This document shows, piece after piece, positions 20,432 to 31,555 of a stretch of 41,392 nt of DNA. The notes below the pieces were generated by a model that did not search any database, was not told the origin of the DNA, and worked only from the letters and a program-made list of their open reading frames with translations. This DNA comes from an uncultured Bifidobacterium sp. Lineage in GTDB: Bacteria; Pseudomonadota; Gammaproteobacteria; Burkholderiales; Burkholderiaceae_D. The stretch spans positions 1-41,392 of the forward strand of contig CAYZXP010000003.1 of assembly GCA_964482415.1 (NCBI GenBank), in the 5' to 3' direction. The translations under genes were made by a program, and so were the position numbers. Each line of letters starts with the position of its first letter. Positions within the stretch are counted from its first letter, which is position 1.

Positions 20432-21540
20432 GCATCCGCATGAACCCGACTTCGTCCGTGTTCGCCAGCCTCGCCGTCGAGCTTGGCGAGCGCAGCTACC
20501 CGATCGTGATTGGCCGCCACCTGCTGGAGAATGAAGAATTCGCCCGCCATGTGCCGGGCAAGCGCGTCGCGATCGTCACCAATACCGTGGTCGCGCCGCT
20601 CTACCTCGACCGGCTGACGGCGATGCTGCAGTCTGCCGGCAAGCAGTGCATTGCGATCGTGCTGCCGGACGGCGAAGAAGAGAAGAACGCCGACAACCTG
20701 ATGCAGATCTTCACCTCGCTGCTCGAGCACAAGTGCGACCGCAAGACCACGCTGGTGGCGCTGGGCGGCGGCGTGATCGGCGACATGACCGGGTTTGCCG
20801 CAGCGACCTACATGCGCGGCGTGCCTTTCGTGCAGGTGCCGACGACACTGCTGGCGCAAGTCGATTCATCGGTCGGCGGCAAGACGGCGATCAACCATCC
20901 GCTTGGCAAGAACATGATCGGCGCGTTTTACCAGCCGCAGTCGGTGCTGGCCGACACCGCGACGCTGGCGACGCTGCCGGACCGCGAACTGTCCGCCGGC
21001 CTGGCGGAAGTGATCAAGCATGGCGCGATCATCGATGCCGACTTTTTCAGCTGGCAGGAAGCGAACATGGACAAGCTGGTCGCGCGCGACGATGCGGCGC
21101 TCGCCCATGCAATCCGCCGTTCCTGCGAGATCAAGGCCGACGTCGTGCGACAGGATGAGCGCGAAGGCGGGCTGCGCGCGATCCTGAATTTCGGCCATAC
21201 CTTCGGCCATGCGATCGAGGCCGGCATGGGCTATGGCGAGTGGCTGCACGGCGAGGCCGTCGGCTGCGGCATGGTGATGGCGGCCGACCTGTCTGTGCGC
21301 CTCGGCTATCTGGCGCCGGCTGACCGCGATCGTATCGTCGCGCTGGTGAAGGCGGCGAAGCTGCCGACGGTGGCGCCGGATCTTGGCGAGGACCGCTGGC
21401 TGGAGCTGATGGAAGTCGACAAAAAGAACGAGGGCGGGCAGATCAAGTTCATCCTGCTCAAGCCGCTGGGCACCGCGACCATCACCGGCGTGCCGTCCGA
21501 ATTGTTGAAGGCCACTTTGGCCGCTTGCACGAAGGCGTGA
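20428..21540 (+). CDS. aroB: 3-dehydroquinate synthase
   Basis: [40 protein letters not shown]. Confidence 0.98.
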   Translation: MSIRMNPTSSVFASLAVELGERSYPIVIGRHLLENEEFARHVPGKRVAIVTNTVVAPLYLDRLTAMLQSAGKQCIAIVLPDGEEEKNADNLMQIFTSLLEHKCDRKTTLVALGGGVIGDMTGFAAATYMRGVPFVQVPTTLLAQVDSSVGGKTAINHPLGKNMIGAFYQPQSVLADTATLATLPDRELSAGLAEVIKHGAIIDADFFSWQEANMDKLVARDDAALAHAIRRSCEIKADVVRQDEREGGLRAILNFGHTFGHAIEAGMGYGEWLHGEAVGCGMVMAADLSVRLGYLAPADRDRIVALVKAAKLPTVAPDLGEDRWLELMEVDKKNEGGQIKFILLKPLGTATITGVPSELLKATLAACTKA

Positions 21541-21541
21541 C

Positions 21542-22684
21542 ATGAGCGACCTGATCGAAGCCCGTCTCGCCCCGTATGCAGCGCGTTCCGGCACTTCGAT
21601 CGGCCGCTCCTTTGCCGAGCCGGCGCCGGATACGCGTGGCGAATTCCAGCGCGACCGCGACCGCATCATCCATTCGACCGCTTTCCGCCGGCTCGAGTAC
21701 AAGACGCAGGTTTTCGTCAACCACGAAGGCGACCTGTTCCGCACCCGCCTGACGCACAGCATCGAGGTCGCGCAGATCGCGCGTTCGCTGGCGCGCAGCC
21801 TGCAGCTCAATGAAGACCTGGTCGAGGCGATCTCGCTGGCCCACGACCTCGGCCACACGCCGTTCGGCCACGCCGGGCAGGATGCGCTGAATGCCTGCAT
21901 GAAGGATTACGGCGGCTTCGAGCACAACCTGCAGAGCCTGCGCGTGGTGGATGCGCTGGAACAGCGCTACGGCGCGTTCGACGGACTGAACCTGATGTTC
22001 GAGACGCGCGAGGGAATACTCAAGCACTGCTCGCTGCCGAACGCACAGCAGCTCGGTGAGGTCGGCCGCCGTTTCATCGCGAAAAAGCAGCCGAGCCTCG
22101 AGGCGCAGCTGGCGAATCTGGCCGACGAGATCGCCTACAACAACCATGATATCGACGATGGCCTGCGCTCCGGCTTGCTGACGGTCGACCAGTTGCAGGA
22201 AGTGCGGCTGTACGCGCGTTACAGCGCGGAAGTCCAGCAGCAGTTCCCCGGCATTGCCGGCCGGCGTGCGATCAATGAGACCGTGCGGCGGATGATCAAT
22301 GCGCTGGTCGTCGACCTGATCGTGACGTCGCGCGCGAACATCGTGGCTTCCGGCGTGCAGTCGATCGATGATGTCCGCAACGCGCCACCGCTGATCAGTT
22401 TTTCAGAAGCGATGCGCGCCGACGCGCAGGAGCTGAAGCGTTTCCTGCGCAAGAACCTGTATCAGCACTATCAGGTGAACCGGATGACCAGCAAGGCGCG
22501 GCGCATTGTCACCGACCTGTTCGGCATCTTCCTCAGCGGGCCGCAGTTGCTGCCGCCGGATTATCAGGTCGCGGATGGCGACGTGCTCGAGCAGGCACGC
22601 AAGGTCGCCGACTACATTGCCGGGATGACCGACCGCTACGCCATGCGGGAATACCGACGCTTGTTCGCCGTCGACGAGATCTGA
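21542..22684 (+). CDS. dgt: Deoxyguanosinetriphosphate triphosphohydrolase (HD family)
   Basis: [43 protein letters not shown]. Confidence 0.95.
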   Translation: MSDLIEARLAPYAARSGTSIGRSFAEPAPDTRGEFQRDRDRIIHSTAFRRLEYKTQVFVNHEGDLFRTRLTHSIEVAQIARSLARSLQLNEDLVEAISLAHDLGHTPFGHAGQDALNACMKDYGGFEHNLQSLRVVDALEQRYGAFDGLNLMFETREGILKHCSLPNAQQLGEVGRRFIAKKQPSLEAQLANLADEIAYNNHDIDDGLRSGLLTVDQLQEVRLYARYSAEVQQQFPGIAGRRAINETVRRMINALVVDLIVTSRANIVASGVQSIDDVRNAPPLISFSEAMRADAQELKRFLRKNLYQHYQVNRMTSKARRIVTDLFGIFLSGPQLLPPDYQVADGDVLEQARKVADYIAGMTDRYAMREYRRLFAVDEI

Positions 22685-22717
22685 CCGCAAGGCGCCGGAG
22701 GCCGGCGCCTTGCGGTC
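22683..22717. terminator. 16-bp perfect inverted repeat between convergent dgt and enoyl-CoA hydratase-family genes
   Basis: GACCGCAAGGCGCCGG-AGG-CCGGCGCCTTGCGGTC. Confidence 0.65.
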
Positions 22718-22739
22718 GTTTACCCGAGGGGCGCTGCGT

Positions 22740-23825
22740 TCAGGCCAGGTCCCTCAGCGGATGTGCATACGCAGGCCATGCGCTGTCGAAGAACCGGTCG
22801 ACCATCGCTGGCGCTACTTCCGCCAGCGTCGGCGGATTCCACTTCGGCGAATGATCCTTGTCGATTGCCAGCGCGCGCACCCCCTCGATCACCTCGCCAT
22901 TCTCGAAGCAGCGACGCACCATGGTGCGCTCCATCCGCAGGCAGTCGCCGATGTCGAGCGCTGCCGCGCGGCGGATCTGCGACAGCGTCACGCACATCAT
23001 CAGCGGTGAACGCTTGCGCATCGTTGCCAGTGTCGCCTGCGCGAATTCGCTGTCGTCCGCGGCCAGCGAATCCATGATCTCCGCGACGGTATCGAAGGCG
23101 AAATGGCGGTCGATCGCAGCACGGTGCTGCGCCAGCTTGCCTGGCAACGCCTGTGCCTGCGGGACGAAACGAGACGCGAACGACTGTATCGCCTCGCGCA
23201 CGTCAGCTGCGCCGACGATCGCTTCCTGCAGCGCCGCCAGCTCGCTGCCGGGCACGAACACATCGGCCAGATCCGCATGGATCGCGTCGGCCGCGCCGAT
23301 CACGTCGCCGGTCACGCCGAGATAGGCGCCGAGTTGTCCCGGCGTGCGCGACAGGAACCAGCCGCCGCCGACATCGGGAAACAGGCCGATCCCGGTTTCC
23401 GGCATCGCCATCTTCGTGCGCTCAGTGACGACGCGCACGCGTGCCTGCGGGCCGGCCTGCGCAATGCCCATGCCGCCACCCATCACCACGCCGTCCATCA
23501 GCGCGATGTAGGGTTTCGGATAGGTGTGTACAAGGTGGTTCAGCGCATATTCTTCGCTGAAGAAATCTTCAATCAGCGCCGCGCCGCCGGTCGCGCTGGC
23601 GCTGCCTTTCTGGTGGAAAAAGCGGATATCGCCGCCGGCGCAGTAGGCGCGTTCGCTGCTGGCCTTCACCAGCACGGCGCGCACGGCGGCGTCATTGCGC
23701 CACGCGAGCAGCGCGGAGGTCATCGCGCGCACCATCTCCAGCGTCAGCGAATTCAGTGCGGAAGGCCGGTCGAGCGTGATGATGCCGGTGGTGCCGCGGA
23801 TCTCGGTTTTGATGTGGTCAGTCAT
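22740..23825 (-). CDS. Enoyl-CoA hydratase/isomerase family protein, 3-hydroxyisobutyryl-CoA hydrolase-like
   Basis: YCAGGDI, GVVMGGG, MPETGIGLFPDVGG, EGVRALAIDKD. Confidence 0.92.
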   Translation of the reverse strand: MTDHIKTEIRGTTGIITLDRPSALNSLTLEMVRAMTSALLAWRNDAAVRAVLVKASSERAYCAGGDIRFFHQKGSASATGGAALIEDFFSEEYALNHLVHTYPKPYIALMDGVVMGGGMGIAQAGPQARVRVVTERTKMAMPETGIGLFPDVGGGWFLSRTPGQLGAYLGVTGDVIGAADAIHADLADVFVPGSELAALQEAIVGAADVREAIQSFASRFVPQAQALPGKLAQHRAAIDRHFAFDTVAEIMDSLAADDSEFAQATLATMRKRSPLMMCVTLSQIRRAAALDIGDCLRMERTMVRRCFENGEVIEGVRALAIDKDHSPKWNPPTLAEVAPAMVDRFFDSAWPAYAHPLRDLA

Positions 23826-23961
23826 GCGCGTCGTTGTCGGTTTGATCGAAAGCGCACAGTGTAGCGAGATTCGGTTGGCGCTCGTTTGCGAGCAGGGAAG
23901 GCGGGTTTTGGCGGCAGAAAACGCCGCGGTCGTCGTCCGGGCGGCGATGCGCCGGCGCCGC

Positions 23962-23992
23962 AAAAACGACAAGGGCGCTTGCGCGCCCTTGT
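23962..23992 (-). terminator. Intrinsic terminator after hpf
   Basis: Minus strand ACAAGGGCGC-GCAA-GCGCCCTTGT then CG and T5. Confidence 0.8.
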
Positions 23993-24014
23993 GTCGAGTG
24001 AACCGGGGAGGGGA

Positions 24015-24359
24015 TCAGGCAGCTTCAGCGCCGTCGTAGCCGCGCAGACCCACGTGCTGGTGGTCCTGGATCCTGTCCTTGTGCTTCAGCACTTGCCGGT
24101 CGAGTTTGTCCATCAGCAGGTCGATGGCCGCATACATGTCTTGCGCCTCGCTTTCGACATGCAGGTCCTTGCCGCGCATGTGCAGGTTGATTTCCGCACG
24201 CTGCCGCTTTTCCTTCTCGGTGTTGGCATCCACGGCGAGGATGACGTTGACATCAATGACGTTGTCGAAATGGCGCTTGATGCGCTCCAGCTTCGTTTCC
24301 ACATACTCCCGGAGGGCGGGAGTCAATTCCAGATGATGACCGCTGATCTTCAGGTTCAT
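24015..24359 (-). CDS. hpf: Ribosome hibernation promoting factor (sigma54 modulation protein)
   Basis: [27 protein letters not shown]; downstream of rpoN; GGAG SD. Confidence 0.95.
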   Translation of the reverse strand: MNLKISGHHLELTPALREYVETKLERIKRHFDNVIDVNVILAVDANTEKEKRQRAEINLHMRGKDLHVESEAQDMYAAIDLLMDKLDRQVLKHKDRIQDHQHVGLRGYDGAEAA

Positions 24360-24462
24360 AAACAGCACTCCTTGCATTGCGTCGCTGGAGGATCCGGCGG
24401 CACCGCCGGCAAGCAGGCCGGGCGGAACACAGCAACCGTTGAAAACTCTGGAAATGATTCGA

Positions 24463-25941
24463 TCAGAGGGACTTGCGAAGGTTGACCGCGGGAATCTTCA
24501 GTGCTTCGCGGTATTTGGCGACGGTGCGCCGCGCGACAACCATTCCCTGTTCAGCCAGCATGTCCGTGATCTTGCTATCGGAAAATGGATTCTTCGGGTC
24601 CTCAGCTCCTATCAGTTGTTTGATCAACGCACGTATTGCTGTAGAGGAAGCTTCACCGCCCGCTTCAGTTGCCACATGGCTGCCGAAGAAAAATTTCAGT
24701 TCAAACATGCCATGAGGCGTCAGCATGTACTTTTGCGTTGTTACACGAGAAATAGTGCTCTCGTGCAGTCCCAGTGTATCAGCAATTTCACGCAGGACAA
24801 GAGGGCGCATCGCGACCTCGCCGTGCGAGAAAAAATTGCGCTGCCGATCGACAATCGCCTGTGCCACGCGAAGGATCGTATCGAAGCGCTGACGCATGTT
24901 CTTGATCAGCCATTTTGCTTCCTGCAATTGGGAAGACAGTGAACCGTCGCCTTTGTTCTGCTTCAGGATGTTTGCGTACATTGCATTCACGCGCAGCTTC
25001 GGCATCACGTCGCGGTTGAGCGTCACCTGCCAGCCATTCTTCGAGCGCTTGACGATCACATCCGGCACCACATAGTCCGACGCATCACCGGCAAAAGCGG
25101 CACCCGGATGCGGGTTGCAGCGGCGGATCACGGCCTGTGCTTCGCGCAGGTCTTCGTCGTCGCAATCGAGCGCCTTTTTCAGCTTGTTGAACTCCCGCTG
25201 TGCAAATAGTTCAAGATAGTTTTCCACCAGCGTCAGCGCCATGCGACGGGTGACCAGCGGCACATGCTCCATCCGGCGAATCTGGATGGACAGGCATTCG
25301 GAGGCGTTGCGCGCGCCGACGCCGGCGGGATCGAAGCTCTGCAGCAGCTTCAGCGCGACGTTCAGTTCGTCCAGCTCGATGTCCAGCTCTTCGGGCAGCC
25401 GCGCAAGGATGTCTTCCAGCGATTCTTCCAGGTAGCCGTTGTCGTCGAGTGCGTCGATCAGCAGCTCGACCAGCGCACGGTCGCGTCGCTGGCTGGTCGT
25501 CACCGCGAGCTGTTCCTGCAGGTGCTCGCGCAGCGTCGACTCATGCGCTTCCAGCTGCGGCCGCGCATTGTCGTCCTCGGGCGCCTTGGCGGCACGCGCG
25601 ACATCGTCGAAGCTCCAGTCGGCATCCCCGCCGCCACCCTCGTCGCCGCCGCCCTCGTTGCCGCCGGCGCCGGTGCCCTCGAACTCGCCGCCGGCCTCGC
25701 CCTGCGATTCGGAGGACGGGGCGGGCGCCGTCGGCACGGGGCTGATTGCGCCGTCGCCGAGCAGGCGTACCGAATGGTCGAGCGGATCGTCGAGACGTTC
25801 AAGCAGAGGATTCTCGATCAGCATCTGTTCGAGTTCCTGATGCAGCTCCAGCGTCGACAGCTGCAGCAGGCGGATCGACTGCTGCAATTGCGGCGTCAGC
25901 GCGAGATGCTGGGAGACGCGGAGCTGTAAGGTCTGCTTCAT
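24463..25941 (-). CDS. rpoN: RNA polymerase sigma-54 factor
   Basis: Gln/Leu-rich region [12 protein letters not shown], RpoN box [10 protein letters not shown]. Confidence 0.98.
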   Translation of the reverse strand: MKQTLQLRVSQHLALTPQLQQSIRLLQLSTLELHQELEQMLIENPLLERLDDPLDHSVRLLGDGAISPVPTAPAPSSESQGEAGGEFEGTGAGGNEGGGDEGGGGDADWSFDDVARAAKAPEDDNARPQLEAHESTLREHLQEQLAVTTSQRRDRALVELLIDALDDNGYLEESLEDILARLPEELDIELDELNVALKLLQSFDPAGVGARNASECLSIQIRRMEHVPLVTRRMALTLVENYLELFAQREFNKLKKALDCDDEDLREAQAVIRRCNPHPGAAFAGDASDYVVPDVIVKRSKNGWQVTLNRDVMPKLRVNAMYANILKQNKGDGSLSSQLQEAKWLIKNMRQRFDTILRVAQAIVDRQRNFFSHGEVAMRPLVLREIADTLGLHESTISRVTTQKYMLTPHGMFELKFFFGSHVATEAGGEASSTAIRALIKQLIGAEDPKNPFSDSKITDMLAEQGMVVARRTVAKYREALKIPAVNLRKSL

Positions 25942-25950
25942 GGGCGTCGC

Positions 25951-26703
25951 TTACATGCGGAAGTGTTCGCCGAGATAGACCCGGCGAACCGATTCGTTGC
26001 CGATGATTTCATCCGGGCTGCCGGAGGCCAGCACCGTGCCCTGGTTGATGATGTATGCGCGGTCGCAGATGCCAAGGGTCTCGCGCACGTTGTGGTCCGT
26101 GATCAGCACGCCGATGCCGCGATCCTTCAGGAAGCGGACAATGCGCTGGATCTCGATCACTGCGATCGGGTCGACGCCGGCAAACGGCTCGTCGAGCAGG
26201 ATGAAGCGCGGGCCGGTCGCCAGCGCGCGCGCGATTTCCACGCGACGGCGCTCGCCGCCGGACAGCGCGAGCGACGGGCTGTCACGCAGCTTTTCGATCT
26301 GCAGCTCGGCGAGCAACAGGTCGAGCCGGCGCTCGATCTCGTCGCGGGCCAGCGGCTTGCCGTTGGCCTTCTGCAGTTCGAGCACCGCGCGGATATTGTC
26401 CTCGACTGACAGCTTGCGGAAGACCGACGCTTCCTGCGGCAGGTAGGACAGGCCGCGCTCGGCGCGCCGGTGAATCGGCAGCTCGGACAGGCGCTCGCCG
26501 TCGAGCTCGATCTCGCCGCCCTCGGAAGGCACCAGCCCGACAATCATGTAGAACGACGTGGTCTTGCCGGCGCCGTTCGGTCCGAGCAGGCCGACCACCT
26601 CGCCGCTGGCGACGTCGAGCGACACGTCATGCACCACCCGCCGTGCGCCATAGCTTTTCTGCAGGTGGCGCACCTGCAGCGTGCTGGTCGGCTTACTTGT
26701 CAT
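25951..26703 (-). CDS. lptB: LPS export ABC transporter ATP-binding protein
   Basis: [37 protein letters not shown]. Confidence 0.97.
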   Translation of the reverse strand: MTSKPTSTLQVRHLQKSYGARRVVHDVSLDVASGEVVGLLGPNGAGKTTSFYMIVGLVPSEGGEIELDGERLSELPIHRRAERGLSYLPQEASVFRKLSVEDNIRAVLELQKANGKPLARDEIERRLDLLLAELQIEKLRDSPSLALSGGERRRVEIARALATGPRFILLDEPFAGVDPIAVIEIQRIVRFLKDRGIGVLITDHNVRETLGICDRAYIINQGTVLASGSPDEIIGNESVRRVYLGEHFRM

Positions 26704-27274
26704 TGCCCGGTTTTTCCTGGACGCGCGGCTGGATGATTGCGCGGATGCGGCCGCCGGTCGCCTTGCCGTCGTCGGCATTTTGCGAACCGGACACCGTGTA
26801 GAACTCCGTACGGCTGTCATACGAGATGAATTCGCCCTCGACCTCGTCAGTCACCCGCGGGCCGTCGAGCATTTTCACTTTCGCGTGCTTGTACAGTTTG
26901 GCCACTTCGGTCTTGGTGTCGTACTCGATGCGGTCGGCTGCGTAGCCCTCGATCCACAGGTCCTTGCCGCCGTCGCGCTTCTGCCGGAACCGGGTCACGC
27001 CGCCGGCAACCGCATACATGGTCGCGTACTGGTAGCCCGCGGCATCCTGTTTGATCAACAGCTTCTCCGCATGCATCACCAGCGTGCCGCGGGTCAGCAC
27101 CACGTTGCCGACGAAGGTATTGATCTGCTTGGCCTCGTCGTAAAACATCTGGTTGGCCTCGACATTGGTGGGTTTGTCGCGGTCGGCCTTTTCGGCGTGT
27201 GCGTTACCGGCAGCGAGCCAGCCCAGCGATGCCAGCGCCAGCGCAAGGAAGGTCGATCGGGCAGTATTGTTCAT
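26693..27274 (-). CDS. lptA: LPS transport periplasmic protein LptA
   Basis: Signal peptide then [27 protein letters not shown]; position in lptCAB. Confidence 0.93.
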   Translation of the reverse strand: MNNTARSTFLALALASLGWLAAGNAHAEKADRDKPTNVEANQMFYDEAKQINTFVGNVVLTRGTLVMHAEKLLIKQDAAGYQYATMYAVAGGVTRFRQKRDGGKDLWIEGYAADRIEYDTKTEVAKLYKHAKVKMLDGPRVTDEVEGEFISYDSRTEFYTVSGSQNADDGKATGGRIRAIIQPRVQEKPGNDK

Positions 27275-27290
27275 CTTGTCTCCGGCCTCG

Positions 27291-27875
27291 TTATGGTTTC
27301 AGGTAGGTCGCTTGGACCCGGCTTTGCAGCGTCAGCTGCCGTTTCACATCATCGGCGAACATGCCGACGCCTTCCAGCGTGGAGTTGCCGAGACGGGCGT
27401 GCACGGCGCGATCGGTCTTCACGATGCCCTGGTCCGGCAGCACCACCATGTAGTCCGACTCGGCGGTCAGCGACTCGCTGCCATGTGCCTGCGGACGGTT
27501 AAGGCGGACGTTGTCGATCAGGTGGAATTCGCTGTGGTCGCTGTTGATCTGCGCGCGGTCCGCCGTCAGGGTCATCGGCGCACGGCCTTTTGCATAGCTG
27601 TTCATGCGCGGCTGCGTGATCAGGCTGTCGTCGCTGACAGGGTCGTGCGCAAGCCGGTCGCCTTCGATCACATACTCGGCGCTGCCGTCGCGCGCCACCT
27701 TGACGTAGCGGAAACCCTCGATCACATAGTCGGGTTCGGTGCGTTTGCCGGCCTGTGGTGTGTCCTCGTCGCTGCGCTGCGCGGCCTTCAGCATCCACAG
27801 GCTGAAGCCGGCCAGCAACAGCACCAGGCCGAGCGTCAGCAGGGCCGGCAGCCGTCGCTGCATCGCGTAATTCAC
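27291..27875 (-). CDS. lptC: LPS export periplasmic protein LptC
   Basis: N-terminal TM helix, EPDYVIEGF; between kdsC and lptA (alternative ATG at 27863). Confidence 0.9.
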   Translation of the reverse strand: MNYAMQRRLPALLTLGLVLLLAGFSLWMLKAAQRSDEDTPQAGKRTEPDYVIEGFRYVKVARDGSAEYVIEGDRLAHDPVSDDSLITQPRMNSYAKGRAPMTLTADRAQINSDHSEFHLIDNVRLNRPQAHGSESLTAESDYMVVLPDQGIVKTDRAVHARLGNSTLEGVGMFADDVKRQLTLQSRVQATYLKP

Positions 27876-28408
27876 GCGAGGTACGGCGCCAGCGCCGCCT
27901 CGTAGTTGCCCTGTGCGCGCAGGATGAAATCACAGACTTCGCGTGCCGCGCCCTGGCCGCCGCGCGCTTCGCTGACGTAATGCGCGCGCACGCGCACTTC
28001 CGGATGGCCGTTCGGCACGCTGGCGGCGAAGGCCACGCGCGTCATCACCGGCAGGTCGATCACGTCGTCGCCCATGAAGCCGCAGTCGGAGGCCTCGAGC
28101 TTCAGTTCGCCCAGCACCTGTTCGAAGGCCTTGCGCTTGTCGTGCACCCCCTGCATCAGCACCGCAATGCCGAGGTCGGCCGCACGCCTGGCGACGACCG
28201 GCGAATTGCGCGCGCTGATGATGGCGGCCCTGACGCCCGACTGCTGCAGCAGCTTGATGCCGTGGCCGTCGAGCACATTGAAAGTCTTGAACATTTCCCC
28301 GTCCGGCCCGTAGCGCAGGCCGCCGTCGGTCAGCACGCCGTCGACGTCGAAGATCATCAGTTTCACGCGGCCGGCGCGTCCGGCCGCAGTATCGCGCGCG
28401 TCGGTCAT
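27872..28408 (-). CDS. kdsC: KDO 8-phosphate phosphatase
   Basis: HAD motif FDVDGVLTDG, MGDDVIDLP, GGQGAARE. Confidence 0.95.
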   Translation of the reverse strand: MTDARDTAAGRAGRVKLMIFDVDGVLTDGGLRYGPDGEMFKTFNVLDGHGIKLLQQSGVRAAIISARNSPVVARRAADLGIAVLMQGVHDKRKAFEQVLGELKLEASDCGFMGDDVIDLPVMTRVAFAASVPNGHPEVRVRAHYVSEARGGQGAAREVCDFILRAQGNYEAALAPYLA

Positions 28409-29436
28409 CAGATCACCTTCGCACGGGTCAGGTCGTGGATGTGCAGCGCACCGACCAGCTTGCCAGCGTCGTCGGTCACCAGCACCTGGTTGATGCGGAA
28501 TTCTTCCATCAGCTCGACAGCCTCGACCGCCAGCTGGTCGGGGCCGACCACGCGGGGATTGGCGTGCATGACGTCGCGGATGGTCGTGCCGGAAAAATTT
28601 CGGCCCTGTTCGATCAGGCGGCGCAAATCGCCGTCGGTAAAGATGCCCAGCACGCGCCCGTCATCATCGACGACGGCGGTCATGGCCATTCCCTTGCGGG
28701 TGATCTCAAGCAGCGCCTGCGTCAGCGGCAGGGCCGGTCCCACCGACGGAATGGCGTCGCCGGTGCGCATGATGTCGCGCACATGAGTCAGCAGGCGACG
28801 GCCGAGCGCGCCACCCGGATGCGAACGTGCGAAATCTTCCTCACGGAAGCCGCGTGCATCGAGCAGCGCAACGGCCAGCGCATCGCCCATCGCAAGCGTC
28901 GCGGTGGTGCTCGCCGTCGGCGCCAGGTTCAGCGGACAGGCTTCGCGTGCGACGCCGATATCGAGGTGAACGTCGGCCAGTTTGGCCAGCGAAGACTCAG
29001 GACGACCGGTCATGGAAATCAGCTTGGCGCCGAGTCGCTTGATCACCGGCACGATGGCAAGCAATTCTTCCGATTCGCCGGAATTCGAGATCGCGATCAC
29101 GGCATCGGCTTCGGTCACCATGCCGAGGTCGCCATGCGCTGCTTCGCCCGGATGAACGAACATCGCCGGCGTGCCCGTCGAGGCGAGCGTTGCAGCGATC
29201 TTGCGCGCGATATGGCCTGACTTGCCCATGCCGGACACGACCACGCGTCCGCTGCAGCCGAGCAGCAGCGCAGTCGCCCGTGCGAACGCGTGGTCGGACG
29301 CCGTCGACAGGCGTGCCTTCAGCGCGAGAATGGCGTCGGCTTCGATCTGCAGGGTTTGCTCGGCCAGCTGCAACGCACGCGCAGCGGCGGCGTTGTCGAA
29401 ATGCTGCGAGGAATTTTTCTCATGCGTTACACTCAT
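28408..29436 (-). CDS. kdsD: Arabinose-5-phosphate isomerase (KpsF/GutQ family)
   Basis: SIS motif GMGKSGHI, EAAHGDLG, HPGGALG, C-terminal CBS pair. Confidence 0.95.
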   Translation of the reverse strand: MSVTHEKNSSQHFDNAAAARALQLAEQTLQIEADAILALKARLSTASDHAFARATALLLGCSGRVVVSGMGKSGHIARKIAATLASTGTPAMFVHPGEAAHGDLGMVTEADAVIAISNSGESEELLAIVPVIKRLGAKLISMTGRPESSLAKLADVHLDIGVAREACPLNLAPTASTTATLAMGDALAVALLDARGFREEDFARSHPGGALGRRLLTHVRDIMRTGDAIPSVGPALPLTQALLEITRKGMAMTAVVDDDGRVLGIFTDGDLRRLIEQGRNFSGTTIRDVMHANPRVVGPDQLAVEAVELMEEFRINQVLVTDDAGKLVGALHIHDLTRAKVI

Positions 29437-29548
29437 GCGCAGAGTATAGCCGAATACGTAAAGCAAAAAACCTGCCAGACGCAAGAATTCCTCGCCTTCG
29501 CCGGGTCGACGGACTGCGCGGCAAATCGCCCGAATCCGCCCCGTCCTC

Positions 29549-31531
29549 ATGCATTCCACCCTTGAAATCACGCTGATCCTGCTGGTCGCTGCGGTGCTCG
29601 GCGTGGTCGCATTCCGCGTGATCAAACAGCCGCCGATGCTGGGCTATTTGTCGGTCGGCGTGCTGATCGGTCCGCATGCGCTCGGGCTGGCGTCGGAGAG
29701 CACGGCAACGTCCACGCTGGCCGAGTTCGGCGTGGTGTTCCTGATGTTCTCGATTGGCCTCGAATTCTCGCTGCCGAAGCTCAAGGCGATGCGCCGCAAT
29801 GTGTTCGGGCTGGGCATGGCGCAGGTGCTCGTGACCATCGCCGCCATCATGGGTGGAATCGTCGGACTGGCGTGGCTGTGGCCGGAATACTTCAGCATGG
29901 GGCGGGGCGCGTCGTTCGCGCTCGGCAGCGCGCTGGCCATGTCATCGACGGCGATCGTGCTGAAGCTGCTGACCGAGCGGCTGGAACTGGAAAGCGAACA
30001 CGGGCGCCGCATCACCGCGATCCTGCTGTTCCAGGACCTGGCGGTCGTGCCTTTGCTGATCCTGATCCCGGCGCTGGCGCGTCCCGGCGCCGACCTCGTC
30101 ACCGACCTCGGGCTGGCGGCGGCGAAGGCGGTGTTCGTGCTGGCACTGCTGCTGTCGTTCGGGCAGGTGCTGCTGCGCCGCTGGTTCCGCATCGTCGTGC
30201 AGCGCCGGTCGCAGGAACTGTTCATGCTGAACCTGCTGCTGGTGACGCTCGGGGCCGCGTGGATCACTGAAGTCGCCGGCCTGTCGCTGGCGCTCGGCGC
30301 CTTCATCGCCGGCATGCTGATCTCGGAAACCGAGTTCCGGCTGCAGGTCGAGGAAGACATCAAGCCTTTTCGCGACGTATTGCTCGGCCTGTTCTTCATT
30401 TCCGTCGGCATGATGCTCGACATGCGGCTGGTGTTCGACAACCTGCTGCTGGTGCTCGCGCTGCTGCTGGTGCCGCTGCTGCTGAAGTTCGGCATCATCA
30501 CGCTGCTCGCGCGGCTGTTCGGTGCTTCCGCCGGCGTCGCCATCCGCACCGGCCTGGCGCTGGCGCAGGGGGGAGAATTCGGCTTCGTGCTGCTGAGCCA
30601 GGCCGGCGACCTCGGCCTGCTGGATGCCGGCATCACGCAGATGATCCTCGCCGCGATGGTGCTGTCGATGCTGGCCACGCCTTTCCTGATCGCGAACGCC
30701 GACCGCATCGTGCTGCGCCTGTCGCGCAATGAATGGATGCAGCAGTCGCTCGCGCTGACCAGCCTGGCGACGCGCACGATGGGCGAGGAAAAGCATGTGA
30801 TCATCGCCGGCTTCGGTCGCACGGGCCAGAGCATCGCGCGGCTGCTCGACGAAGAAAACATCTCTTATCACGCGCTGGACCTCGATCCGCAGCGGGTGCA
30901 GGACGCGCAGGCGGCCGGTGCGAAAGTGTCGTATGGCGACACCTCGCGCCGCGAGAGCCTGATCGCCGCCGGCATCCATCGCGCGGCCGCACTGGTGGTC
31001 ACCTATGCGGACACGCAGGCGGCCTTGCGCACGCTGCATTTCGCCAACGAGCTGGCGCCGACGCTGCCGGCCATCGTGCGCAGCCAGGATGACACCGACC
31101 TCGACAAGCTGCGCGCCGGCGGCGCCGACGAGGTGGTGCCCGAAACCATCGAGAGCAGCCTGATGCTGGCTTCGCATGCGCTGCTGGTGGTCGGCGTGCC
31201 GTTGCGGCGCGTGGTGCATCGCGTGCAGCGCGCGCGCAGCGAGCGCTATGCGTCGATGCGCGGCTACTTCCATGGCGCTGACGATTCCGCCGACGATGAC
31301 GATCGCCTGCAGGTGCGGCTGCATTCGGTGGCGCTGAACGAAAGGGCCGCCGCGATCGGTCGGCAGTTTTCGGAACTCGGCCTGCACGATCTCGGTGCCG
31401 AGGTCACTGCCGTGCGACGTGGCAAGAACCGCATTCCCTTTTCCCTCGACACCCGGCTCGAGGCCGGCGATGTCGTCGTGTTGCGCGGCACCGCGGAAGC
31501 GGTCGAACGCGCGCGCACACGACTGCTCTGA
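29549..31531 (+). CDS. Monovalent cation:proton antiporter-2 (CPA2/Kef-like) with TrkA-N and TrkA-C domains
   Basis: Multiple TM helices with FQD motif and GEFGFV; Rossmann GFGRTG; C-terminal RCK-C. Confidence 0.92.
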   Translation: MHSTLEITLILLVAAVLGVVAFRVIKQPPMLGYLSVGVLIGPHALGLASESTATSTLAEFGVVFLMFSIGLEFSLPKLKAMRRNVFGLGMAQVLVTIAAIMGGIVGLAWLWPEYFSMGRGASFALGSALAMSSTAIVLKLLTERLELESEHGRRITAILLFQDLAVVPLLILIPALARPGADLVTDLGLAAAKAVFVLALLLSFGQVLLRRWFRIVVQRRSQELFMLNLLLVTLGAAWITEVAGLSLALGAFIAGMLISETEFRLQVEEDIKPFRDVLLGLFFISVGMMLDMRLVFDNLLLVLALLLVPLLLKFGIITLLARLFGASAGVAIRTGLALAQGGEFGFVLLSQAGDLGLLDAGITQMILAAMVLSMLATPFLIANADRIVLRLSRNEWMQQSLALTSLATRTMGEEKHVIIAGFGRTGQSIARLLDEENISYHALDLDPQRVQDAQAAGAKVSYGDTSRRESLIAAGIHRAAALVVTYADTQAALRTLHFANELAPTLPAIVRSQDDTDLDKLRAGGADEVVPETIESSLMLASHALLVVGVPLRRVVHRVQRARSERYASMRGYFHGADDSADDDDRLQVRLHSVALNERAAAIGRQFSELGLHDLGAEVTAVRRGKNRIPFSLDTRLEAGDVVVLRGTAEAVERARTRLL

Positions 31532-31555
31532 ACGAACCCTCTCCTCTAGAAATTC

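Noticed and set aside
21542-22684. Anti-phage dGTPase
   Set aside because: Ordinary housekeeping context directly after aroKB; no defence neighbours
22683-22717. REP/MITE interpretation of the 16-bp inverted repeat
   Set aside because: Single copy in the window between convergent genes; a terminator is the simpler explanation
24439-24942. 167-aa plus-strand ORF as the cause of the rpoN low-GC patch
   Set aside because: In-register antisense frame with no recognisable protein features; not supportable without expression data
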